64,000 nt of DNA, taken from the NCBI RefSeq assembly GCF_018977255.1, contig NW_024704742.1, positions 137,764,001 through 137,828,000 of the forward strand, read 5' to 3'. Shown here one piece after another: positions 24,489-38,200 of the stretch. The notes beneath the pieces were generated by a model, which saw only the letters and a list, made by a program, of their open reading frames with translations, searched no databases and was not told where the DNA came from. This DNA comes from Callorhinchus milii (lineage: Eukaryota). Each line of letters begins with the position of its first letter. Position 1 is the stretch's first letter. The position numbers and the translations under genes are program-made.

Positions 24489-26607
24489 CTTCAGATTTAA
24501 AGAAACAGTTATTTTCGCTCAATAAACTCTTCACAACATCACACATCGGATCTGGATGGAGAAGGCTCCTTGGCCCATCTGATCTCATGCCTCCAGTGTT
24601 AGCAAAAGAACCAGAGGGGAGATGAGTTTTACGCAATGACTTGTTACAGTCTGGAATCACTGTTGAAAGATTATTAGGAACATAGGAACAGGAGTAGGCC
24701 GTTCAGCCCATCGAGCCTGTTCTGCCCATTTAATTAGATCATGGCTGATCTATTACTAGATTATTTCTAGAAATTACTAGAATCTAGAAATTACTAGAAT
24801 TTCAAATCCAATTTCCCGCTTTCTCCCCATATCCCTTAATACCCCGACCTACCAAAAATCTGTCAATCTCTTTCTTGAAGGTGTGGATGGATCCAGCATC
24901 CACGACCTTCTGGTGGAGAGAGTTCCAGATTTCTACCACCCCTTGACTGAAAAAAGGTTGGTGGAATCGTATTCAATAATAACCTTCAAAACCGAACTGT
25001 ATATATATTTGAAAAGGAAACATTTGCAGGGCTATGGGGAAAGAGAAGGGAGAGTGGAACTAGTTGGGTAGAGCCAGCACAGGCATGATGAGCTGAATGG
25101 CCTCTTCCTGTGCTGTATAATACTATAATTATTTCCTGGCAACCTGTTCCATCTCTGAGTAAAAGAAAAATTCATGGTGTCCTTAAGTTGCCAGTTGTAA
25201 CTTTAAACCTGTGTCCTAAAGTATTGCTCTGGGTTTCCTTTTTTAATCCAATTTAAAATATTACGCACCTCTATATGGTGCCCTTCCATCCAGGTGTAGA
25301 CATCATCTCTCAAGAAAAGGTTTAATCATTGCTCACAGCTCATTCCTCTAAAACTTTGGATCACACTCATTTCTCTCCTCTGCACTTGCCTCTAGGGAAC
25401 AGGAATAGGCCATTCAGCCCCTTGAGCCTGTTCCTCTATTCTATTAGATCACGGATGATTTGTACCTCAACTCCAATTACCTGCCTTTGCCCCATATCCC
25501 TTGTTACCCGGACCTAACAAATATCTATCCACCAGAGTCTTGAAAATTTAAATGGATCCAGCCTTTTGGGGAAACAGTTGATCCATCCACAGCCTTTTGG
25601 GGAAACAGTTCCAGATTTCCAACAACAACAAGATTACACTTGTATAACCCCTTTCACATCGGGAGGACGTCCCAAGGCGCTGGACAGTGTACAGCATTTC
25701 AGACCCGAGCTGGGATCAGAGTTTTGAGGCAGAACTTGAAGGAGGCTAGGGAAGAGGCAGAGTGATTGGGGGATGGAATTCCAGAGGTTGGGGGCAGAGT
25801 GGCTGAAGGCTCTCCCGCCAATGGTGGGGCTGGTGAGTCGAGGGACGTGGAGTAGACCGGAGTCGGCTGAGCGGAGGGAGCAGGCGGGTTGATAGGGGTT
25901 AGGATGTCGCAGAGATAGGGTGGGGCGAGGCCATGGCAGGTGAGGACCAGGATCTTGAATTGGATCCTCTGAAGGATAGGGAGCCAGTGGAGTTAGATGA
26001 AAATTCCACTACTCTTAGTGTGAAAAAAGCAGTACTGCAGGGCACTGTTGATGACAGCATAGCTCATCAGCAGGACTTGGAAGGGCAGACCAGTCAATGG
26101 GAGCAGGGAATCCAACCACTCAGCTCCTATTAATCCTGCAAGCCAAAACCTAAACATGTAGTAAGCTTCTAGCTGGATAAGCAACAGGAAAAACTTGTCA
26201 GACAGCGTTTTCAATGGCAAATTATATGATTTTAGCTGGTTAAATTGTAGCTGGTACCCCAATACACACTCTGGGTTCCCCACGCCTCGGATCTCTGGAA
26301 TAGATAAGCAGAATGCTCACATCGTGGGTGACACTGACATATTGTGAGCAACTGTTTCCTGATGTAACCATTTGCTTTGTATTCCAGTCAGTCCAGTCAA
26401 AATAGAATTTTTTAAAAAATGTATCTCAAAGAAGAGAAACCAAAGAGGTACCTGGATTGATATGGCATTAGCCCATTCATCCTAATGAGATCTCCATATG
26501 TTACTCTCCGGTAACATGGTAATATGTGGAACCATGCCACATGTTATATTCCACTCCAGTGCATCCAAACCCGTTTGCCTTGACGCAGTAACTGAGGTTT
26601 CACTTAC

Positions 26608-27024
26608 CGACGACCCGCAGCCACATCTGATTCTGCGTCACATGTTCCTGTGTAGTGTGTCCATGAGACACATGTCCCTGCGTCGTGTGTTCCTGCGTCG
26701 TGTATTCCTGCAGTGTGAACGTGACGTGTACGTGACAGAAATACCGGCCGGTGTCATTTAACTCCAGGCCCCTGATCCTCAGGGAAGTATCTCCATCTCC
26801 CACATTCCCGACCACCTTGTAGCGATTTCCTTCATTCGCTGTCTCTGACTCCCCGGGGTTGGTGTGTGAGGCGAGGCCAAGCGTGTCATTAATAAACGGC
26901 CGGCTTTGTGGATTCCCTCGCCTCCAAATGACATAGATATTACTTGGGTGAATGCCTGGCATGGTGAAGGAGCATGGCAGTGTGGCATCACCTCCTTTGG
27001 TACCAGTCACTGATAGGAGTTTTC
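26608..27024 (-). CDS. Siglec-15-like gene C, V-set domain 2 with repeat-expanded F-G region
   Basis: Paralogous to the V2 exons of A and B; donor GTAAGT. The ancestral acceptor is deleted; the in-frame gaAG at 27026-27025 is inferred as the acceptor (417 nt). Confidence 0.8.
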
Positions 27025-27434
27025 CTTCATGAGAGAGGAAGAGGATTTTGAGAATGGGCTTCAGTGAATGTCACTGGATAAAGATGCAGGTTAGCAATCA
27101 GGGGTTTACATGTAATATTCCACAGTTTGGGGCTCCCCGTTGCAGCAAGGAAATGTTGGAGATGGGGAGGGAGCAGCACAGAGTCACTAGGATTATTACC
27201 CCTGGAAAAAGGATTATTACCCCTGGAAAAGCAATCCACGAATCGACGAACAAATGAGTATCTACTTACTGATAGTTAAACAGAGGCGTGTGGAGTAAGG
27301 AAACGTGCCCAGTGTTTCGCCCTGTCTGGGAATCAAACCCAGGACTCCTGCTTGCATGGAGAGAGCTCTAACCACTGAGCTACAAGAGTTCATGCAATGA
27401 CCCCAAGCAGGACCTACCACCCTCGGTTACTCAC

Positions 27435-27839
27435 CCATCACCAGGAGAGTAGTTTCAGTCGAGCTCACGAGCACCTCAGATCCGTTGCCAGTGAGTGCCA
27501 CCCAGCACTGGTACCTGTGCTGACTGTCAGGCAGAGTGAGCTTCTCCACCGCCAGTGAGGCGTTCATCTCCCTCGGGTTCCCCGCCAGCCAGTACCGCCT
27601 GCCCGCGTTCCGATGGATCAAGTTCTCAGATGTATTGGACGGAGCATTGAGTGGGAGGTAGTTTGTGCAGTTGAACACTACAGCTCTGCTGCTTTTTCTC
27701 TTTGTTGTCCATACGACTGAGATGTTGCCTTTATACCCGGGGTCGGGGAGTGAGAAGCTGCAAAGCAGAATGACAGAGTCCCCTTCCCAGCCAGTCACCA
27801 TTTCAGGGGCTTCCATCACCCAGCCGTCATCAACGGCAT
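27435..27839 (-). CDS. Siglec-15-like gene C, V-set domain 1 (intact; Trp at the essential-Arg position)
   Basis: gcAG acceptor and GTGAGT donor, 405 nt, phase 1-1; WVMEAPE...LLCSF...VVW...FNC...YWLAGNPRE.NASL...YQCWV. Confidence 0.88.
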
Positions 27840-30489
27840 CTGCCAGCAAACAATAGGGCACAGAGGGCGAACAGGACACGCAATCAATTAAATCAATATC
27901 ATAAGAATAGGAGTAGGTCATTCAGCCTCTCGAGCCTGTTCCGCCATTCCATTAGATCACCACTGATCTGTAACCCCAACTACAATTAACCGCCCTTGAT
28001 ACACTGATCTACGTCCCCCACCTCGCCCACCCCAACATTGGCGGGCGGGCCTTCAGCCACTCTGACCCCACCCTCTGGAACTCCATCCCGCAGTCCCTCT
28101 GCCTCACCCCCATCTCAAGACCCTCCTCTTCGTCCATGCTTTTGATCTCCCTGCTTCCCCCCCTTGCCCTCCACCCTCCCTGATCCCGACCCTCAGCTGA
28201 CTGCCCAGTGCCCTGGGATGTCCTCCCAACATGAAAGGTACTATACAAATGTAATTTTGTTGTTATTGTTGCTGACCTAAACATTTACCAGCTCAGTCTT
28301 GAAAATTTCAATGGATCCAGCATCCACAGCCTTTTGAGGAACAGAGTTCCAGATTTCCACTCCCCTTTGCATGAAAAAGTGTTTCTTGATTTCACTCCTA
28401 AATGGCCGAGCTCTAATTTTAATATGGTGCATCCCTTTTTCTGGAGAGGAAAGTTTCTCTGTAGCTACCCTATCAAATCCCTTTATTAATAATGATAATC
28501 CCTTCAAAACCAAAAACAATAATAAATTGGTCATTTTCAATCTACGACTGTTTGTGGGACATTGCTGTGCGCAATTGGCTGCCGCGTTCGCCCACAAATA
28601 TACAGTCAATTCACTTTACAGTGTGTTCTGTGAAGCGCTTTGGGACGTCCTCCCGACGTGAAAAGCGCTATATCAAATGCAAGGATTATTATTATTATTA
28701 ATTAGATCCTCAATCTTCTAAACTCAAGTAAATACTGACCAAGTATTCTCTTGAGTTTAGACCCTCTTGGGAGAGAGTAGAGTGCTCATTCCATTCCAGA
28801 TAAACAGAAATTTCATAGTACAGTATTGTAGAATCCTCGGTAGTTTGGTTTGTGGACTCTTAAGCACGGTGATAGATTTCCTCTTGTATCAACACCCGGC
28901 TGACCACAGACAAAGTGTCTGCGCTCTTACTGGAACCCTCGATTCTAATCTAGTTTCTAACGTTAAAATGATGCTAATTTTAGAGCACATGAGCTACCAG
29001 AACAAAGGCGCAGTTAAAGAGTTTCTCGTCTTATTGAATCCCTTTATCATTTTAAAAACAAACCTCGATTAGATTAACTCTCAACCTTCCAAACACAAGG
29101 GAATACAAGCCAAGTTTATGCAACGTCTCTCCATAATTTAACCCTTTAAGCCCTGGTATCATTCTGGTGAATCTGCGCTGCACCCCCTCGAGAGCCAATA
29201 TATCCTTCCTAAGGTGCGGTGCCCAAAACTGAACACAGTCTCCAGATGGGGTCTGAACAAGGCTCTGTAAAACTGTCAATCAATCAATCTCTTTCACTCC
29301 ACATAACATGCCTCACAGTGAACCACACGACAGGTGCAGGTGCCAAAGGTTCAGGTTTAGCTCAATTTTGATAATCCTTCCATTTTGATACAGTGCCCAT
29401 AACATCAAATTTAGTGACTGTGTATTTATATTCAAAGGCATCAGGCATTTTGCTCACAGCAATGTTCCGTAGACAGCCATGACATGAATGGCCAATTATT
29501 CTGGTGGGATTATTGGTCAGGACACTGGGAATATCTTCACAGCGCAGCCCTAACACTGCGCTGAGATTCAGCTTGGACCGTGAGCTCAAAGTCCTCGATC
29601 TGGGCCAAGAAGCAACAAGCTTCTGACCCAGAGTTAAGAGACAGGCTGTCATTTGAGTGTCGTTTGAATGTCAGCGTGGACGTTTGAAGCTCAAAAATCT
29701 ATTGGCTTCAGTTCAATTTTTCATGTTGTCATTGGGTCCTGTTCCAAGTGACTCCCTTTCAATTAAATATCAAACCCATATTATCTTTTACATTGGCATT
29801 CCAAATGAAGTCGTATAATTCTGCTTAACCCTTTATCCCTTCATATCATTTCGCCCACAAAATAGTCAATTCAATTCACTTTACAGTATATTCTGTGAAG
29901 CGCTTTGAGATGGCTAGAAGACATGATAAGGCGCTACATCAAATGCAAGGATTGTTATTATTATTATCTCCTGAGATTGTGGCCTTGTCAAACAGCACTT
30001 AATATTGGGATAAGGATCACTACTCTGAGGGGGATGGTTGGCCATGACACTGGGAGAAACTCCCTTCTCTTTTCTTGTCATGTAATTGCTAACATCCACC
30101 CAAATAAATAGACTGGACCTTGGGTTAGCATTCCATCTACTGAATAATGCATTTCTGCATATTTCTGTACTGGAGTATCAGCCTAGACTGTGAGTTCAAC
30201 GTTCCTGAGACTTGAACCCAGGGCCTTCCACTGTCTGACCCGCACGAAAACCCATCACTGATTAAGCGTTTTTAAACAGTGAGACTTCCATATACGTATG
30301 TCACGTATACATGGGATATTCCTTGTGTCTGGAATGGAATGCGCACTCTCTCCCTGGAGGGAGGCATCCTGCTTACCTAATTCCAGATAGTATTAGGCAC
30401 AGGTTGGTGAGAGCCGAGGCTTGGGGACTCCGGAGTGTGCGTTGGGATAACTGCTGGAATCAAATCATCTAAAATCATCATGGTCTTGG

Positions 30490-33425
30490 AGCGCATGTGC
30501 TTAAATGCACGGAGTTTAGCAAACAAGATTGGTGAGCTGCAGGCTCAAGTGGTCATAGGGGAATACGATGTAGCAGCAGTAACAGAGACTTTTGTTGTTA
30601 AGCAACAAAAAAAGAGCTGTTACACGGGTTGGGGTATACTATAGACCACCAAATTGTGGGAAGGAAATAGATGAGCAGATCTGCAAGCAGATTTCTTACA
30701 GAAGAATGGTCAATAGAGTCGTGATAATGGGGGACTTTAATTATCCCAACATAGACTGGCAAAACAACAGCGCAAAGGGCAAGGAGGGGGAAATATTCCT
30801 AAAATGCATACAGGACAACTTTCTTGATCAGTACGTTTCCAGCCCAAAGAGGAAGGAAGCAGTGCCAGATCTAGTTCTGGGGAATTAAGTAGGGCAAGTG
30901 GAGCAGGTTTCAGTGGGAGAGCATCTGGGCAACAGTGATCATAACATCATTAGATTCAGAGTGCGTATGGAAAGAGACAAGGAACCATCTGAGGTGAAGA
31001 TACTCAACTGGAAGAGGGCAAATTTTAGTGAGTTAAAAAGGGATCTAGCCAAGGTGGACTGGAAAGAAAGATTGGCGGGTAAAACAACTGAAGAGCAGGG
31101 GGAAGTCTTCAAGGATGAGATAACTCGGGGACAGAATAAATACATTCCCACAAAAGGGAAAAGTAGGGCTTCCAAAGGTAATTGTATCTAGAATGAAGCA
31201 GAAAAAGGAGGCATATGATAAATATGCCCAAATGTCAAACCCAAGATACAGAAGACAACCAAACAGAATATAGGAAGTGCAGAAGAGGTTTGAAAAAGGA
31301 AATAAGAGGGGCAAAAAGATCATATGAAAAAAGGTTAGTGGGTAACATTAAGGGAATTCTAAAATATTTTACAAGCATATCAATAAAAAAAGGCTTGTCA
31401 AAGGTAGGGTGGGGCCAATTAAGGACCAAAGGTGAAATCTTATTGTGGAGGCTGATGTGCTGAATGAGTACTTTGCATCTGTCTTCACAAAATAAATGGA
31501 TGCACCAAATGCCGCAGTATTGGAGGAGAGGGGAGAGGAAATGGATAGGATAAGTATAAACAGAGAGGAAGTACTGAAAAGGTTGACTGGGCTGAAGGTG
31601 ATAGGTCGCCTGGTCCGGAAGGGATGCAGCCGAGGTTACTATGGGAGGTACGGGTACAAATAGCGGAGGCTTTAGCTACAATTTTTCAATCTTCATTGGA
31701 CACAGGAGTGGTGCCCGAGGACTGGAGAGTGGCCAATGTTACTCCTCTGTACAAAAAGGGACAGAAGGACAAACCTGGGAACTACAGGCCAGTCAGCCTA
31801 ACATCAGTAGTGGGGAAACTCCTGGAGACTATAATCCAGGACAGAATAATAATCCCTCCAAAATAATAATAAATTGGTCATTTTCAATCCATGACTGTTT
31901 GTGTGGACGTCCTCCCGACGTGAAAGGCGCTCTATAATGGAATCTTGTTGTCGTTGTTGTGTGACACTACTATGCGCAATTGGCTGCCGCGTTTCGCCCA
32001 CAGATATACGGTCAATTCATTTTACAGTCTATTCTGTGAAGCGCTTTGAGATGTCGAGAAAACGTGAAGAAGTGCTATATCAAATGCGAGGATTATTATT
32101 ATTATCAATAAATCTTCACTTAGAAGAATATGGGTTAATTAGGGACAGCCAACATGGATTTGTTAAAGGCAAATCTTGTCGAACAAATCTAATAGAATTT
32201 TTTGATGAGGTAACGGAGAGGGTGGATAAAGGTAGTGCATGTAGTTGATGTAGTTTATATGGACTTTCAAAAGGCATTTGACAAAGTGCCACATGAAAGA
32301 CTTGTAAGAAAAATAGAAGCCCATGGAATAAAAGGGACAGTGGCAGCGGATCCAGAACTGGCCCGGAGACAGAAAGCAGAGAGTTGTGGTGAACGGCTGC
32401 TTTTCTGACGGGAAGGAAGTAATACAATGGCGTCCACCAGGGATCGGCATTAGGACCACTGCTCTTCTTAATATACTTAATGATATGGACTTGGGTATAG
32501 CAAGTACCATTTCCAAGTTTGCGGACGACACAAAGTTAGGGAGGGGGTAAACAGTGAGAAGGATAGGAGCCGACTGCAGGAAGACATAGACAGATGGTAA
32601 AATGGGCGACACATGGCAGATGAGTTTCAATGTGGAGAAATGTGAGGTAATGCATTTTGGTAGAAAGAATGAGGGGCAATATAGGCGGTAATACAATCTT
32701 AAAGGGGTAAAAGAACAGAGAGACCTGGGGGGGGGGCAGGTAAATGAATCCTTGAAGGTGGCAGGACAGGGAGATACGGCTGTAAAAAGGGTATATGGGA
32801 TACTGGGCTTTATAAATAAGGGCATAGAGTACAACAGTCAGGAGGTTATGATTAACCCATATAAACACTGGTTAGGCCTCAGTTAGAATACTGCGCCCAG
32901 TTCTGGGCCCGACACTGAAGGATGTTAAGGCATTGGAAAGGGTACAGAGGAGATTTATGAGGATGGGACCAGGAATGAGGGACCGTGATGATGAGGAAAG
33001 GCTGGAGAGGCCGGGATTATCCTCATTGGAGCAGAGAAGGTTACGAGGAGACCTAATAGAGGTCTTCAAAATCATGAGGGGATTTGATAGATTAGAAAGG
33101 GAAAAACTGTTCCCACTGGTGGGTGTGTCAGTGACTCGAGGTCACAGATTCAAAATGGTCTCTAAAAGAAGCCGAGGGGAGGTGGGAAGAAATTTTTTCA
33201 CGCAGCAAGTCGTTCGAATCTGGAACGCATCCTGAAAGGGTGGTCGATAACTACTTTTAAAAACGAGGTGGACGGGTATTTGAGGAGGACGGGTTTGCAG
33301 GGTTATGGGGAAAGGGCCGGGGAGTGCGATTGACATTACATTGCTCTACTCAAAGAGTCGGCACAGACTCGATGGGCCGAATGGCCTCTTTTTGTGCTGT
33401 ACGATTCTATGATTCTATGATTCTA
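30490..33425 (+). mobile_element. CR1 LINE, most of ORF2 (endonuclease and RT) plus 3' UTR, frameshifted, with a nested SINE/L2-tail insertion
   Basis: CLNARSLANK, VGVYYRPP, MGDFNYPNIDW, SDHNII, NYRPVSLTSVVGKLLE, QHGFVKGKSC; (ATTCTATG)-like tail. Confidence 0.93.
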
Positions 33426-34781
33426 TAAAAATGCATAGCTTGCCATTATATCACTGTCTGGCAAGCTTTCCTGCTGTTTGTCCAGTTAGGACCACCCTAC
33501 TCATTAGGACTTTGGCTGTGCCCAGTGACTGATCTCCCCTTCTAGTTCCTGCCGATGAGCCAGGCTGGTTGTGTTGCCATCGGAAGTGCCCTGGGATGCT
33601 GCACACCTGCCTGACTAAGGAACCGGACTGGAGACCGTCACAGTGGATTGTTTGATTCCGACAGTCCGTTGCCAAGCATAGAAACAGGAGTAGGCCATTC
33701 AGCCCCTCGAGCCATTCTATAAGATCAAGGCTGATCTGTAACTCGAGTCCAATTACCCACCTTTGCCCTAAATCCTTTAATACCCTGACCTAACAAATAA
33801 CTATCCACTTCAGTCTCGAAGATGTGTGTGGATCCAGCATGCACAGGCTTTTGGGGGAGAGTTCCAGATTTTCACTAGCCTTTGGGTGAAAAACTGCCTC
33901 CTGATTTCTCTACTAAATGGCCAGTTCTAATTTTAAGATTATGCCCCCTTGTTCTGGATTCGCCCACCAGAAGAAATAGTTTATAATAATAATAATAATA
34001 ATAATAATAATCCTTGCATTTGATATAGCGCTTTTCACGTCAGGAGGACGTCCCAAAGCGCTTCACAGAACACACTGTAAAGTGAATTGACTGTATATTT
34101 GTGGGCGAACGCGGCAGCCAATTGCGCACAGCAATGTCCCACAAACAGTCGTAGATTGAAAATGACCAATTTAATTATTGTTTTTGGTTTTGGAGGGATT
34201 ATTATTATGTGCAGCTATTCTATCAAATCCCTTTATTATTTTAAAAATCTCAATCAGATCACCTTCTAAACTCAAGGGAACAGAGACCAATTTTATGCCA
34301 CCTGTCCTTATAATATAACCCTTTTAGCATGTCACCTTAGAGCCAGTTTATCTCCTTGGAGCCAAGTCTGCTACAATGAGTTTGCCGATCTCTGTCAAGG
34401 TTGCGTGTGGGTTAACGTGTACTTTCCCAAGGTTGGGGCTGAGAGAAACAATCAGGCTTTCTTTGCTCCTTTACAGTGCCCTCAAATGGTAGCGTGTGGA
34501 AGTGCTAGGGTGTTCGAGGATGCCCTCCACATTAAGCACTCCTTGCCTGGATCGCACAGGAAGGGCCACGTGTGCCGGGTACCGGAGAGTGACCAGCGCC
34601 AACCAAGAGGTTGTGCAATCCTGTAGCTTATTGGTTAGAGTGCTCGCCTCGAAAGTGAGAGGACCCAGGTATTATTCCCGGGCAAAACCTTTGCAAGTTT
34701 CCTTACTCCACACTCCTGTTTACCGAGCAGTAAGTAGGAACCCAATTGTCAATTGTTGAATCACTTTAAGGGGATAAAGCG

Positions 34782-35112
34782 GTGGAGTCCTGTAGCTCAG
34801 TGGTTAGAGCACTCGCTTTGCAAGTGAGAGACCTGAGTTCAATTCCAGGCAGAGGGCGAAACCTCGGGCAAGTTTCCTTACTCCACACAGAGCCTAATAA
34901 TAATCCCTCCAAAAAACCCAAAACAATAATTAAATTGGTCATTTTCAATCTACGACTGTTTGTGGGACATTGCTGTGTGCAATTGGCTGCCGCATTCGCC
35001 CACAAATATACAGTCAATTCACTTTACAGTATATTCTGTGAAGCGCTTTGGGACGTCCTCCTGACGTGAAAAGCGCCATATCAAATGCAAGGATTATTAT
35101 TATTATTATTAT
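34782..35112 (+). mobile_element. Young full-length SINE, same family
   Basis: Near-identical to 10963-11291. Confidence 0.9.
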
Positions 35113-35281
35113 TATAATAATCCCTCCAAAGATAAATAAAATAATAATTTGGTCACTCAATCCACAACCTTTTATGAGACACTGCTGTGCGCAATTGGCT
35201 GCTGTTTCACCTACAAAATATAGTCATCTCAATGATGGGATATGGCTCTATATCGAATTGCAGGATTATTATTATTATTAT

Positions 35282-38200
35282 CCCTCACCTCCCTCCAGCA
35301 AACCCACCCACAGTTCCCTCCAAAATGTTTGTTTGCTCTCAAACAAAGCCCTCACCATCCACGACCTCATCCTGGATGAGCACCTCAACATTCTTGGGCT
35401 CACCAAAACCTGGCTCTCCCCGAATAACCCCATCCCCCTAGTTGAAGCCTCCCCCCTCAGGCTACTCTTTCTACCCCTCCCCCCCACGTCCAAACCAACA
35501 TGGTGGCGAATTGGCCCTCATCTCCAAAGCCTCCCTTGGTCTCACCCGCTACTCCTCTGGCTGCTTCCCCTCCTTTGAGCACTTCATCCTCTTCCAACCC
35601 TCTCTCCCACTGAATATTCTCCTGGTCTACCACCCCCCACTAAGCCCCCCCTGGCTCCTTCCACACACACATCTCTACTCTCCTCTCTTCCCTGTCTCTC
35701 TGCTCCGAATGCCTGCTCATAATGGGCGATTTCAACCTCCACCTAAACTCCCCTTGCACCACTTCTTCTGACTTCACTGCCCTCCTCTCCTCCCTAACCC
35801 TCACCCTTCATTTACATTCACCGACCCACAATCGCATCATCACCCACGGCCTTGACACTTCCTACCTGAGTATAGTGGACACGGCCATCTCGGACCACTT
35901 CCTCATCTTCTTCTCCTCTCACATCACTCTCTCCTCCACGAAGCCAAGCCCTCAACCATTCTTTACCGCCCATGGAAAAGGCTACCCACTGAGACCCTCA
36001 CAAAGGCCTTCACATCCTCAAATATCCTATCCCTCTGGCCTTCCACCTGCGGAGATCCTGAAGCAGCCAACCAGCCGCTCCATGATCACTTCTCCTCCAC
36101 CTTCAACTCTCTCATCCCCCTGAAATCCAGGACCATTTCCAAACCCACCCGATCCCCCTGGTATAACAACCATCTCCGCCACCAAAAATCCCAAACCCGG
36201 CTGCTCGAGCGCAGATGGTGGAAAACTGGCCTGACAGTTCACTGCAAACTGTGGCTCGAGCATCTCCACAGCTACCGCCGTTCTTTGACACGCGCAAAAA
36301 CGGCCTTCTACTCCAACATCATCTTGGAGGCTAAACACAACCCTAAAATCCTTTTTTTCACCACCCACTACCTCCTCCGTGCCCCCCTCAGGCCTCCTCA
36401 ATCTTCACATCCAATGCCAAGTGCGAGGAGGTCATGGACTTCTTTTCATCCAAAATACACAACATCCGCCAGGCAGCCTCATCCTCCTGCTTCTTGTCAC
36501 CCACCACCAACCCTCTCCGTCCCCTTCACCCTCCCCATCATCAGCTCCTACCACCACCCCCATTTCTTCCTCCCCATCGCTCCTTCCTCACTCTCACCCA
36601 CCATCACCTAATGAAACCCACCACCTGCTGCCTCGACCCCCTTCCCACCAATTTGCTGGTCACCCAGCTCCCCTCCTCTGCTCACTACTGACTGATGTCA
36701 TCAACCAGTCCCTCTCCTCTGGATCAGTCCCTGCCTCCCTCAAAACTGCTGTCATCACCCCCATCCTCAAAAAACCTTCCCTAAATCCCTCAAACACCAG
36801 CCACTACCACTCTATTTCAAACCTGCCCTTCCTCGCAAAAGTCCTAGGACACATTGTTGTAAATCAACTCCGCGCACACCTCTCCTCCCACTCTCTCTTC
36901 AAACCCCTCCAGTCCAGATTCCATCCTGTCCACAGTACAGAGACTGCGCTTGTAAAGTCTCAAACGACATCCTCTCTATCTGTGACCAGGGCTCTCTCTC
37001 TGCCTCCTTGTCCTCCTGGACCTCTCTGCCACCTTTGACACAGTCGATCACGTCATCCTCCTCCACCGCCTTTTCTCCGTCATCCATCTCAGTGGGACCG
37101 CACTCGCCTGGTTCGAATCCTACCTCACAAACCACCAGCAGTACATTTGCACAAACAGCTTCTCCTCCCACTCTCACCAGGTTACCTGTGGGGTACCCCA
37201 AGGATCCATCCTTGGCCCCCTCCTCTTTCTGATCTATATGCCCCTCTTGGAGATGTCATCCACGGCCCTGGGATCTATTACTGTGAAGCGCTGTGAGATG
37301 CTGTCTGGCGTGGAGGGCGCTATATAAATCCAAGTTGTTGTTGTTGTCCAAAGAATGGCAGCATTGTTTGTCCTTCTATTCCAAGGTAATCTTGGAGGGC
37401 AAGGACAACCTCAGGCTTCTCTTCTCCACTGCCAACCAGCTATGCTGTCCACCCTCTCATGCCTGGCCCATCCTCTCCTCCAACTCCTGAATTTCCTTGA
37501 GACCCAACTTGAAGGGATATGTTCAGGCCCCTCCGACTTCCCAATCGCCACTCGCTTCCCATCTCCCCCTCACACTTCGGCCCCTATCCATCCCTCCCTC
37601 CACACCTTCAAACTTGTCTCCCCCTCCTCTCTGACCACCACCTTAACCTGCATGAAGCCCACCACCTGCTCCCTCAACATCCCCACCCCTCTACTTACTT
37701 CCCAGCTCCACCTCCTCGACCCTTTACTCTCAGACCTTGTCAACCTCTCCCTGTCAACTGGCACCGATCCCACAACATGGAAACAGCCTTGGTCAAGGTG
37801 ACAAATGACATTCTGTCCATCTGTAACCAGGGCTCCATGTCTCCTCGTCCTCCTCCACCTCTCTGCTGCCTTCAAAACTGTGGACAACTCTATCCTCCTC
37901 TACTGCTCTCCTCTCACCTTATCCTTCAAGGTTTTGTCCTTGAATAGTTCAGATCATATCTCTCACACCAGCTCCATTTTGTCTCCACAAATGGCTTCTT
38001 CTCTAGTCCCCGCACCATCTCGTCTGGTATTCCTCAGGGTTCTGCCTCGGTCCTTTCCTCTTCAATCTGTACATGCTCCCTCTTGGTGACATCACCTGCA
38101 GACATGGGGTCAACTTCCACATGTACGCAGATGACACCCAACTCTTTCTCTCTGTCTCCATCCTCGACCCCAGAACCACTGATGTCCTGCCTGTCTGACA

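Noticed and set aside
30372-30480. Possible nearer signal-peptide exon for gene C (donor AG/GTAAGC)
   Set aside because: The hydrophobic frame ends in phase 2, and the ATG-containing frame stops before the donor; the 39407-39458 exon fits much better.
34477-34578. Plus-strand exon-like segment (tttacAG ... CGG/GTACCG)
   Set aside because: Weak donor, no recognisable peptide, no partner exons.
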